Origin: Bacillota bacterium
GTDB taxonomy: Bacteria; Sysuimicrobiota; Sysuimicrobiia; Sysuimicrobiales; Segetimicrobiaceae
Reading direction: 5' to 3'
Assembly: GCA_021324255.1 (NCBI GenBank)
Contig: JAJPJL010000128.1
Location: forward strand, 26,422 to 90,421
Length of the DNA: 64,000 bases
Shown here piece by piece: positions 50,093-58,496 of the stretch (position 1 is its first letter; the number at the start of each line of letters is the position of its first letter). Below the pieces are notes generated by a model. The model ran no database searches, was not told where the DNA came from, and saw only the letters and a program-made list of their open reading frames with translations. The position numbers were made by a program, and so were the translations under genes.

Positions 50093-50926
50093 ATGACGCC
50101 GGATGCCGTCGGACCGCACGGGCGATGGGGCGTTACAGGGGCGCTCGTCATCCTGACGGCGCCGATCATCGTGCTCTACGGCTGGCTGCTCCTTGCCTCG
50201 TTCAGCGTGACGATCACCGGTCTCGTCCCGCACGGCCTGACGCTCGCCAACTGGCGGTTTCTCTGGCAAACGCTGCCGAACGAAGCCAACGCCTGGGTCG
50301 CCGCGGGTAACTCCCTGACCTTCGCGGTCACGGTGGCGGTGTTTGAGGTGCTGGTGGGCGCGATGGCGGCGTACGCGCTGTCGCGCCTCACGTTTCCGGG
50401 GCGCGGCCTGTTTCTGGGCTCGACGATCGTGCTGCACTCGTTCCCCAGTGTGACGCTCCTCATTGCGATCTTCTTGATCCTGCGCGCACTCGGACTCTAC
50501 GATCGGTTGGCCGGGGTTATTTTGGTCAAGCTCGCGCTTGATCTGCCGCTCGGGATTTGGATCATGAAAGGCTTCTTCGACGGGGTCCCATGGGACGTTG
50601 AGATGGCGGCCCTCGTGGACGGGTACTCGCGGATCCGGGTGTGGTGGAAGGTAATGCTGCCCCTGATCCGCCCCGGGCTGTTCGCGTTCGCGATCTTCGC
50701 GTTCCTGAGCGGCTGGAACGAGTTCCTGCTCCCGTACGTGTTGCTGCCGAGCCAGGGCTCGCAGACGCTGTCGGTGCTGATGGCGAGCCTGTCGGGCGAG
50801 GAGCGGTTTGCGGATTACGGGCTCGTGACGGCGCTGAGTGTCTTTTATATCCTGCCCGCGGTGGCGGTGTTCGCGCTCACCCAGCGGTACTTGCTCCGGA
50901 TCTTTTCGGGAGGAGTAAAGGGGTAG
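50093..50926 (+). CDS. Carbohydrate ABC permease (MalG-like)
   Basis: TLANW, AAYALSR..FPGR, EMAALVDG, WNEFL. Confidence 0.92.
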   Translation: MTPDAVGPHGRWGVTGALVILTAPIIVLYGWLLLASFSVTITGLVPHGLTLANWRFLWQTLPNEANAWVAAGNSLTFAVTVAVFEVLVGAMAAYALSRLTFPGRGLFLGSTIVLHSFPSVTLLIAIFLILRALGLYDRLAGVILVKLALDLPLGIWIMKGFFDGVPWDVEMAALVDGYSRIRVWWKVMLPLIRPGLFAFAIFAFLSGWNEFLLPYVLLPSQGSQTLSVLMASLSGEERFADYGLVTALSVFYILPAVAVFALTQRYLLRIFSGGVKG

Positions 50927-50976
50927 GCGCGAGGCTGGACCGCACTGCGCGCGCTCGGAGGGGTTACGAGCCGGTC

Positions 50977-52047
50977 ATGGACGTCGTGCTGGAGCACGTG
51001 GGCAAGCAGTTCGGACGCGTCACGGCCGTGGAGGGCGTTTCCCTGACCGTGGGGGAGGGCGAACTGGTGGCGCTCCTGGGACCCTCCGGTTGCGGCAAGT
51101 CCACGACGCTGTTCCTGGTCGCCGGTCTCTACCGGCCCACGTCCGGACGCATCCTGTTCGGCGGTCGCGTGGTAAACGACGCGACCCCGCAGGAGCGCGG
51201 GGTGGGCATGGTGTTTCAGAGTTACGCGCTGTACCCTCACCTGACGGTCTTCGAGAACATCGCCTTCCCGCTGCGAGTTCGTCGCAGCCGCGGCGCCCAG
51301 ATCGCCGAGCGCGTGCGCCGCGTGGCCGATCTGGTCGGTATCGCCGAGCTCCTGCCGCGGCGCCCGGCGCAGCTGTCCGGCGGGCAGCAGCAGCGCGTCG
51401 CCCTGTGCAGAGCGCTGGTCAAAGAACCCGCGGTCCTGCTGCTCGACGAGCCCCTTTCCAACTTGGACGCCCGGCTGCGCGAGGCAACGCGCGCGGAGAT
51501 CCGCCGGCTCCAGCGCGAACTCGGGATCACGACACTCTTCGTCTCGCACGATCAGGCGGAGGCGCTCAGCATCGCCGACCGCGTCGGCGTCATGCACGGC
51601 GGCCGGCTGATCGCGGTGATGACGCCCGCGGATCTCTACGAGCGCCCGCCGTCCCGGTTCATCGCCGAGTTCATCGGAACGCCGCCGATGAACTTCCTCG
51701 AGGCCCGCGTCGAGGATGGCCGCCTGGCGGTGGCGGGGGTGATGCCGCGCCCGCTCGCACACCCCGTCCCTCCCGGGACCTATTTGCTCGGCGTCCGGCC
51801 GGAGCACCTGGAACTGGCCGCAGACGGCGACTTGCGCGCCGAGGTGTTTCTGGTCGAGCAGATGGGTCGGGAATGGCTGGTCCACGCCGCCTGCGGCGAT
51901 GCGTCCCTGCGGTTGCTTACGGGCGCCGGCGCCGCCGTCGCCGTGGGGTCGCGCGTCTCGCTGCGCCTCCTCTGGCGTCGGGCGCACCTGTTCGATTCGC
52001 AGAGCGGCGCCGCCGTTCCGTTCGGCCTGGCGGACGACCCTCGGTGA
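50977..52047 (+). CDS. Carbohydrate ABC ATP-binding protein (MalK-like)
   Basis: GPSGCGKST, VFQSYALYPH, LSGGQQQR, FIGTPPMN, GVRPEH. Confidence 0.93.
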   Translation: MDVVLEHVGKQFGRVTAVEGVSLTVGEGELVALLGPSGCGKSTTLFLVAGLYRPTSGRILFGGRVVNDATPQERGVGMVFQSYALYPHLTVFENIAFPLRVRRSRGAQIAERVRRVADLVGIAELLPRRPAQLSGGQQQRVALCRALVKEPAVLLLDEPLSNLDARLREATRAEIRRLQRELGITTLFVSHDQAEALSIADRVGVMHGGRLIAVMTPADLYERPPSRFIAEFIGTPPMNFLEARVEDGRLAVAGVMPRPLAHPVPPGTYLLGVRPEHLELAADGDLRAEVFLVEQMGREWLVHAACGDASLRLLTGAGAAVAVGSRVSLRLLWRRAHLFDSQSGAAVPFGLADDPR

Positions 52048-52991
52048 CGGCGCAGGATCGTGAGCGGGCGGCGGCGGGGCAACATGCGCCCGCGGGCGGG
52101 CCCGTGGGCCGTGAGGACGCCCTCGACCGCGCTGTGCGAACGCTTCTCGAGGCGGCGGTGGCTGCAGACCGGGGTGACGCACGGCGCGAAAGCCACCCAA
52201 TGATCGAGGCGGCGGCCGCGGCGTTGCGGGCCCTCATCGCGTCGCGTCCGGGTGACGCCCGGTGCCTGGAGCAGCTTGCCATTCTCGAGCACAACGTCGG
52301 GCGACTGAACGCGGCGCGCGCTCTGTACGGGGAGGTCAACCGCCTCGATCCGCCCCGCCCGCCGGATGACCGCCAGCGCCGGGCCGTGGACCGTCTCGCG
52401 CCGCTGGTCCTGACGACGGCGGCCGAGTGCTTCGCGCTGCGCGACTGCGCGGCGATTCACCATCCGTCTGTTCCAGTCGTCGCCTACCACTTCTTCTGGG
52501 AGGACGACTGGGACTACCCTGACGACGACGAGCCGTGCGACCATGAGATCGCCTGGGTGCGCTACCGGCCGGACGACGGCATGCCGGTCGAGGTCACCAC
52601 CTACTTTCATGGGCGCCTCCTCACGAGTGAGCCTCCGTCGCCCGAGGCGCGTCCGGCGGTCCGCGTGCAGTGGGGGACACATGGGACGCTGCCTGCGGGA
52701 TGGGAGAGAATCGCCGGTGTCGAGGCCGCGCTCCGGCGCGGCTTCGACGCGTCTCTGCGTGGAGGACGCGTGCCCGACCATCCCCGCAAACGGCGATGGC
52801 CGCCGCGCTTCCCGGGATTGTGGCCCGACTACGTCCGGTTCGATCGCGCGGTGGATTCGCTGCTCCCGCTCCACCGCGAGGGGTGGATCGCCACCGGCCG
52901 TTTTGCGAATGCGATCCTCCACGATCTATTCGTACCGTACAACTTTCACGCGAAGCGGGAGTGGCCCGACGACGGCTTCGTCAACTTGTAA
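52044..52991 (+). CDS. Uncharacterised protein: TPR-like N-terminus plus an Asp/His-rich putative catalytic domain
   Basis: GTGA overlap; PGDARCLEQLAILEHNVGRLNAARALY; YHFFWEDDWDYPDDDEPCDHE, YFHG, WGTHG. Confidence 0.7.
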   Translation: MTAQDRERAAAGQHAPAGGPVGREDALDRAVRTLLEAAVAADRGDARRESHPMIEAAAAALRALIASRPGDARCLEQLAILEHNVGRLNAARALYGEVNRLDPPRPPDDRQRRAVDRLAPLVLTTAAECFALRDCAAIHHPSVPVVAYHFFWEDDWDYPDDDEPCDHEIAWVRYRPDDGMPVEVTTYFHGRLLTSEPPSPEARPAVRVQWGTHGTLPAGWERIAGVEAALRRGFDASLRGGRVPDHPRKRRWPPRFPGLWPDYVRFDRAVDSLLPLHREGWIATGRFANAILHDLFVPYNFHAKREWPDDGFVNL

Positions 52992-53009
52992 CGCGGAAAG
53001 GAGCCCGTA

Positions 53010-53900
53010 ATGGCGAGAGCCGCGGCGGGCCGGGCACTCGAGTCCGGCAGCATTCGCGGGCACGCGGTCTCAGCGAGAATCCGCAGCGTCCAGTCATCCC
53101 TGAGCCGGTCCGAGGGCGCGGTGGCCACCTTCGTGCTGGCCGAATCGGCGACGGCGCTGGGCATGGGGATCAAGGCGATGGCTCGGCGCACACGGGTGAG
53201 CACGGCGACCGTGCTGCGCTTTTGCCGGACCCTCGGGTTTGCCGGCTACGCGGACTTCAAGATCGCCCTTGCCGTGGAGGCGGGTCGGTCGCCGGCGGTG
53301 CTATCCGAAGATGTGCGCGCCGAGGACACCCCGATGCAGATCGCCCGCAAGGTGCTGCAGGCCGACATGCAGGCGATCGCGCACACATTGGAGCTCTTGG
53401 ACGAGACCGCGCTGAACAAAGCCGTAGGGGCCCTGCGCGCGGCGCGCCGGATCGAGATCTACGGCGTGGGGTCGAGTGCGCCCGTCGCCGTGGATGCCTA
53501 CTACCGGCTGCTCCGGATCGGGTTTCGCGTCGCCGTCGTCACGGACTCGCACATGCAGGCCGTGAGCGCGGCCCTCCTCCAGCCCGGCGATGTCGCGTTC
53601 GTGATCTCCCACACCGGGCGGACCCGCGAAACGCTCGAGGCCGCTCGGAACGCCCGCGAGCAGGGCGCGACGGTCATCGCGCTTACCTCGTTTCTGCGCG
53701 CGCCGATCCGGGCGGTCGCGAACATCCTCCTCGTGACTGCGACCGCCGAGACGGCGTTTCGGGTCGAGGCGATGGCGTCGCGGATTGCCCACCTGTCCTT
53801 GGTCGACACGCTGTACGTTGCGCTCGCGACGCGCTCCTTGGAGGGCGCGCTCGCCACCTTGGCGCGGACCACCGCCATTATCGAGCGGCGGCGTGTGTGA
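53010..53900 (+). CDS. RpiR/MurR family transcriptional regulator
   Basis: VSTATVLRFCRTLGFAGYADFK; YGVGSS; ISHTGRT; SRIAHL. Confidence 0.93.
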   Translation: MARAAAGRALESGSIRGHAVSARIRSVQSSLSRSEGAVATFVLAESATALGMGIKAMARRTRVSTATVLRFCRTLGFAGYADFKIALAVEAGRSPAVLSEDVRAEDTPMQIARKVLQADMQAIAHTLELLDETALNKAVGALRAARRIEIYGVGSSAPVAVDAYYRLLRIGFRVAVVTDSHMQAVSAALLQPGDVAFVISHTGRTRETLEAARNAREQGATVIALTSFLRAPIRAVANILLVTATAETAFRVEAMASRIAHLSLVDTLYVALATRSLEGALATLARTTAIIERRRV

Positions 53901-53921
53901 CCGCCGGCTCCCGGGAGCGTC

Positions 53922-54023
53922 ATGACCCATCGGTTGGGGCTGGCACTGATCGCCGATATCCATCACGGCCATCTGACCCAAACCAAGGCCGGTCCTTGCG
54001 CGTTGCCCCTGCTGGCGCAGTAG
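53922..54023 (+). pseudogene. 33-aa N-terminal remnant of a calcineurin-like metallophosphoesterase
   Basis: Hand translation MTHRLGLALIADIHHGHLTQTKAGPCALPLLAQ*; DxH motif after a hydrophobic strand; GGGAG RBS. Confidence 0.55.
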
Positions 54024-54031
54024 TGTCCCAG

Positions 54032-54490
54032 ATGGATGCGGGCGCGGTGGAACCGTCCGAGCGTGTGCTCGCGGGCGTGCGCGGGGTGATGCTCGACCTC
54101 GACGGGGTCGTCTACAGAGAGGACACCCTGCTCCCGGGTGCGCCGGAGTTTGTGTCGTTCGTGCGGCGGACCTGCCGGCGTCTCGTCGCGGTAACCAATA
54201 ACTCTGCACGGTCGGCCGCGGAGTACGCGGAGAAGCTGGGCCGGCTCGACGTGCCCATCCCCGAAGAGGACATCATTACATCGGCTTGGGCTACCGCCCA
54301 GTATCTCCGGCGTCACCATCGGGGCGCACGCGTTCTTGTGGTGGGGAGCCCGGCTCTGAAACGCGAGTTGCGGGCAGCGGGGCTGGTCGAATCTCGCGAC
54401 CCCGAGTACGTGGTCGTACATGTGCCGGCACCGCGCCGGGCCCACCTCTTACACCAACCTTGCAGGAGCGGCCCGTGGAGCATGGTGTGA
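54032..54490 (+). pseudogene. HAD-IIA (NagD-like) phosphatase, truncated after about 130 aa
   Basis: DLDGVVY, VTNNS, IITSAWAT, EYVVV, then similarity is lost; no GKP or GD motifs. Confidence 0.8.
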
Positions 54491-54582
54491 GGCGACGAGC
54501 GGCTGCTCGCGAGTACCGGCATCGTAGGCCAGGCGGGAACTGCGGGGCACCGACCTCCCCAGGTCGTGCTGCGAAGAGTCGA

Positions 54583-54616
54583 TTGACGGGACGATATCGT
54601 CCATTATACTCATGGT
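54583..54616 (+). promoter_or_regulatory. Probable leaderless promoter with palindromic operators for the TA operon
   Basis: TTGACG-16 nt-TATACT, 6 nt before ATG 54617; spacer contains the perfect palindrome GGACGATATCGTCC. Confidence 0.7.
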
Positions 54617-54853
54617 ATGAAAGTTGCCGTCTCTATTCCTGATGCGGTGTTTGCGGAGACCGAGCAGTTGGCGCGCCGCATGAAACGCACCCGAAGCGAC
54701 GTCTACAGTCGAGCGCTGGCCGAGTATGTCGCGCGGCACGCACCCGACCGCGTGACGGAAGGTCTCAACCGGGCATTGGCGGAGATCCAAGAATCGCCCG
54801 ACCAGTTTGTGCGCACGGCGTCACGCCGGCTGCTGCGACGGAGTCGCTGGTGA
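54617..54853 (+). CDS. mazE: Ribbon-helix-helix antitoxin (MazE/ChpI-like)
   Basis: MKVAVSIPD.VF...LA...RSDVYSRALAEY; GTGA overlap with the toxin. Confidence 0.82.
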   Translation: MKVAVSIPDAVFAETEQLARRMKRTRSDVYSRALAEYVARHAPDRVTEGLNRALAEIQESPDQFVRTASRRLLRRSRW

Positions 54854-55194
54854 GTATCGCCCAGGGAGAGATCTGGTGGGCTGATTTGCCGGCGCCCACG
54901 GGCTCCAGGCCGGGGTTTCGGCGTCCGGTCGCCATTGTGCAAGGCGACGCCTTTAACCGCAGCCGGATCGCGACCGTCATCTGCGTCCCGTTGACCAGCA
55001 ACGTGAAGTGGGCCGACGCGCCGGGGAATGTTCTTCTGCCTCCGCCTCTGACCGGGCTTCCCAAGCCCTCCGTCGCGAACGTATCCCAAATTGTTACGTT
55101 GAACAAGAGCGACCTCACCGAACGGACCGGAAAACTTCCGGCGCGGCAACTCGCGTCGATTCTCTCGGGGATCGACATCGTGCTCGGACGATAA
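54850..55194 (+). CDS. mazF: PemK/MazF family endoribonuclease toxin
   Basis: QGEIWWADL..GSRPGFRRPVAIVQ.D.FN.S.I.T..VPLTSN..GL.KPSVANVSQI.T. Confidence 0.93.
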   Translation: MSIAQGEIWWADLPAPTGSRPGFRRPVAIVQGDAFNRSRIATVICVPLTSNVKWADAPGNVLLPPPLTGLPKPSVANVSQIVTLNKSDLTERTGKLPARQLASILSGIDIVLGR

Positions 55195-55442
55195 GGGTCC
55201 GCCGGGCCGCTCCCGCCGGCACCGGCATCCGCACGTCGGCAGCCCGGTCGCCGGATAGCGCCGATGCTCTCGCCCTTGCAGTAGGGACCGTGCGACGAGA
55301 GTGCGCATCTGGGGTGGTGCCAGGGCCCTGGTCGGGGAACCTGGCATGTGGCGGCCCAGGGAACCGAGGCCGTCGTGGATATGGTAGCTTCCCGAGCGCT
55401 GTGTACACGTCGTGCCGGCACAGGGAGTGCCGCCGGGCGACA

Positions 55443-56313
55443 TCAGAGAGCACTCCGGCCGATCACCCGCGCGGTCACATACCGCGCCGCCCACGTGGGG
55501 GCCAGGAGAAACCCGAGCGTAAGGTACTGGATCATCCGCGCGAGGTGCCGCTCGAATCGAGCGCGACGGGCCTCGTTGATGCACACCGCGGCCTTGGCTT
55601 CCGCGTCCGCCCAGGGAATCGCGCGAATGTGCCGTGCAAGGGCCTTCCACATCGCGGCCCGGATCGCCTCGGGGGAATGCCGGTGCGTCAGCGTTTGCTC
55701 GTGGTGGCGGTAACAGTAGAGATCTTCGTGAAGGGCGGCCATGCGGAAGCGAAGCGAGACCCGAAGCCAGTAATCGTAGTCTTCAGCCAAGGGAATGTCT
55801 TCGGCGTAGGATCCCACGGTCTCGTAGACCCGTCGCCTGTAAAGAAAGCATGCGCCCACGACGTTGGTGTAGAGGAGCCGTTCAGGCGGCTCCACGATGT
55901 AAGCATGGGTCGGTCTCCCCGCGCTGTCGATCCACTGGTTGTCCGTGTACACGAATGCGACGTCCGGATGTCCGTAGAGAAACGCGAGCATGCGCTCTAG
56001 CGCGGCCGGGCGGTAGTAATTGTCGTCCGAGGTCCACGTGAGAAACTCCCCGCGGGCCAGGGCAAACCCGGTATTGAGCGCGGCCGACAGGCCCAGGCTA
56101 GCGGCATGGCCGCGTCACGCGGACGCGCCCGCCAGCGTACCGAGCAAGTATGCCCGGCGTCTCGTCGGTGGAACCGTCGTCGACGACGATGAGCTCCCAG
56201 TTGTCGTGGGTCTGCGCGGCGCAGCTGTCGATGGACCGCTCAATGTACCGCGCCCCGTTGCGCGTGGGGAGCACGATGGACACGAGATCCGCACCCGCGG
56301 GCGCCTGGCCCAT
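55443..56313 (-). pseudogene. GT2 glycosyltransferase with a frameshift near 56110
   Basis: VSIVLPTRNG..VVDDGSTD in one frame; SLGLSAALNTG..GEFLTWTSDDN..AEDYDYWLR in the next frame. Confidence 0.82.
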
Positions 56314-56359
56314 ACTGAATTGTTCCCCGGTGGACAAGAACCGCTTCAAGGCGAAGAAC

Positions 56360-56647
56360 GTTGGGAGGAGGAGTGATTGGGGCGGCGGCCGGAGCGTTCG
56401 CCAGTTCGGCTTGGAACTCGAACCACATCCGCAACGCCACCAGGCGACGGTTAATGGTCGCACGGGCACGGCCCAGCGTCTGCTGCCATACGATGAACTG
56501 ATCGATGTCCGTCCGCTGCACGTCCGCTGGCGACCGCCGCCACCAGTGCAGAAAGGGACGGACATCACTACTGTAGTGTGCAACGGTTGAGGTCCCAGGG
56601 AAGCGACGACTGAGATCAGCGGTGAACTCACCGACAAGATCGACCAC
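56360..56647 (-). pseudogene. Tyrosine recombinase N-terminal (core-binding) remnant
   Basis: GGAGG RBS; STVAHYSSDV..F...DIDQFI....GRARATINRRLVALRMWFEF; no catalytic R-H-R-Y domain follows. Confidence 0.7.
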
Positions 56648-56779
56648 TGCGACAACACCTCCAGGTGTGGACTCTCGCCCACTCTACACCAGAGGTGCTG
56701 GACCTTAATGTAACTACCCGTTCTGACCCGGCGTTGACATGGACCCCGATCATCGGCGCCGGCCTCAGTCATCCCACGC

Positions 56780-57412
56780 TTACGCGGGAACAATGGCCAC
56801 GTGAAACAGTCGAATCGCGTCAGCGAGTAGTCTCCGATGACCAACCAGCGGTCCCCGGCCAACTGTCGCGATCTTCGGCTTGGCACGCTCATGAAGTCCC
56901 ATCGAGACCACACCGTTTCCGGCTCGTGAGTTCCAGACGATGCCATCCGGCGCGCTTGGATGGAGAAAAATCGGGCGCGACCATTGCTTCGATACGGCGT
57001 GCGGCGCGGTGAGTAGCCATGGACCGGCCCCGATCCGTGCAAGGCCGTCCGGTGTTCGGAGATCAACACACGTGATTGATTGGCCGAAGGTGATCTCGGC
57101 GAGTGAGAAGGTTTGAAGCGCCGTCGCGGAGATGGGCACGCTCGGGCCGGCAGCTCTGCCACCGCCACCAAGCACGCCCGGCGCTAGCAGCAGGCGCTCA
57201 GCAAAAGCACCGACGTCACTCCCAGAAGCGTTGAGCACCCCGTATTGCTGCTCAGGATCGTTGAAACGACCGTCCTGCTTGTTGAAGTGCTCGGCCTCGT
57301 AAGCACCTGGATAGACCCGCCAAGCCGGTCCTTCCATTCTCGTCAGCGGAAGCGTCCGCGCTGCAAGATCCCCTGGTGGCGTCGCGTCGGTCGGCGCGCT
57401 AGCCGAGACCAT
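56780..57412 (-). CDS. RES-domain toxin (NAD+ phosphorylase/ADP-ribosyltransferase family)
   Basis: AWRV..GRFNDP..GVL.AS...AFAE...DGIVWNSR. Confidence 0.85.
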   Translation of the reverse strand: MVSASAPTDATPPGDLAARTLPLTRMEGPAWRVYPGAYEAEHFNKQDGRFNDPEQQYGVLNASGSDVGAFAERLLLAPGVLGGGGRAAGPSVPISATALQTFSLAEITFGQSITCVDLRTPDGLARIGAGPWLLTAPHAVSKQWSRPIFLHPSAPDGIVWNSRAGNGVVSMGLHERAKPKIATVGRGPLVGHRRLLADAIRLFHVAIVPA

Positions 57413-58097
57413 ATCGCGCGTAGGTCCGAGCGAGGCCCAGAGTCTGCTCCGTCCGGCCACTGCGTAACGCGTTCAACGGAGTTTCGCCCCCAAGATCCGG
57501 GTGCGGGCTGAGCAAGAAAAAGACCTGTTGCCAGGGGTCGTGGGGAGACAAGGCCTCCACTACCGCTGGCACCCAAGACCAGATACCGGTGGGGCCGAGT
57601 TGCCAGGCCGGGTAACGATATCCGTGTCGACCCACCGGTAAGCCGATGAGTCGACGGTTGCGGCGACGCAGATCAACGGCCTGCCGAGTCAGGTGGAGGC
57701 GGCGAGCCATTTGTTCAACGCTCAGCGTGCCCCCTTCCGCATCCAACATCCGTTGCCTTGCCTCCAGGCCGCGTAACTGAGCCTGGGTGATAACGTCGTC
57801 GTCGCTCGCCTTGCCCTCCTCAGGCATCAGGGCTTCTAGCGTGGTAAGCACGGCTGAGACATCTGAGTCTGCGCTGGCCGCCTGGGTCAACGTGGCGGGG
57901 GTTGCGCGGCCGACCGCGGTGCCGGCAGCACGAAGGAAGCGTGCCAGAATAGCTCGGCGAAGCGGTTCCTTGGACTGCTCGACAAGAGTAGCAACCGAAG
58001 TGTACAGGGGGTCGGACGTCGCGAGCACTGGGAGAGCCGCTTGTGCCGCCCGTTCACGCACCCTTGTCCGGTTCGATATTGCCTTTCGGCGAGACAT
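57399..58097 (-). CDS. Xre/MbcA/ParS-like antitoxin
   Basis: HTH-like LSVEQMARRLHLTRQAV, YPAWQ, FLLSPHPDLGGETPLNAL; overlaps the RES gene start. Confidence 0.8.
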   Translation of the reverse strand: MSRRKAISNRTRVRERAAQAALPVLATSDPLYTSVATLVEQSKEPLRRAILARFLRAAGTAVGRATPATLTQAASADSDVSAVLTTLEALMPEEGKASDDDVITQAQLRGLEARQRMLDAEGGTLSVEQMARRLHLTRQAVDLRRRNRRLIGLPVGRHGYRYPAWQLGPTGIWSWVPAVVEALSPHDPWQQVFFLLSPHPDLGGETPLNALRSGRTEQTLGLARTYARYGLG

Positions 58098-58121
58098 AAG
58101 ACCGCCTCACTGTTTGGCGAC

Positions 58122-58163
58122 TTGACAATCTATATTGTACGGTGGATCTAAATACATGGTCAA
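58122..58163 (-). promoter_or_regulatory. Sigma70-type promoter with overlapping inverted repeats for the RES-Xre operon
   Basis: Minus strand TTGACC-18 nt-TACAAT; ACAAT-ctat-ATTGT palindrome over the -10 box. Confidence 0.6.
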
Positions 58164-58496
58164 TAGCATGCCAGCATTCCTCCCTGTCCCTTGATGGTTT
58201 GGCTGGTTTGCCGGGTCTGGTCCCGGGCCGGCCACGTCCGTGCAGTGCGGCATGGTGCAGGCGGACGTGCTGCGAGATAGATGGTCCCGCGTCCGGTTCT
58301 TGAGGACCTTCTACCGCATCGGAGAAGCCGGGGCCCGCTCCTTTCATTACCAGTAACGCACGTCCGAGTTGCATAAGCCTCGTTGGCCCCGTATGGGGAG
58401 GAGTACGGGCCTCAAACCGGAAACTCCGCGGTCAAGGATTGGCGCGTCGCCGCGTCACAGCGACAGGCATCAACGTCAAACACGAAGGAGCATGTA

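Noticed and set aside
56708..56742. Imperfect inverted repeat ATGTAAC...GTTGACAT upstream of the integrase remnant as a possible element end
   Set aside because: No partner end or transposase found; too weak to call
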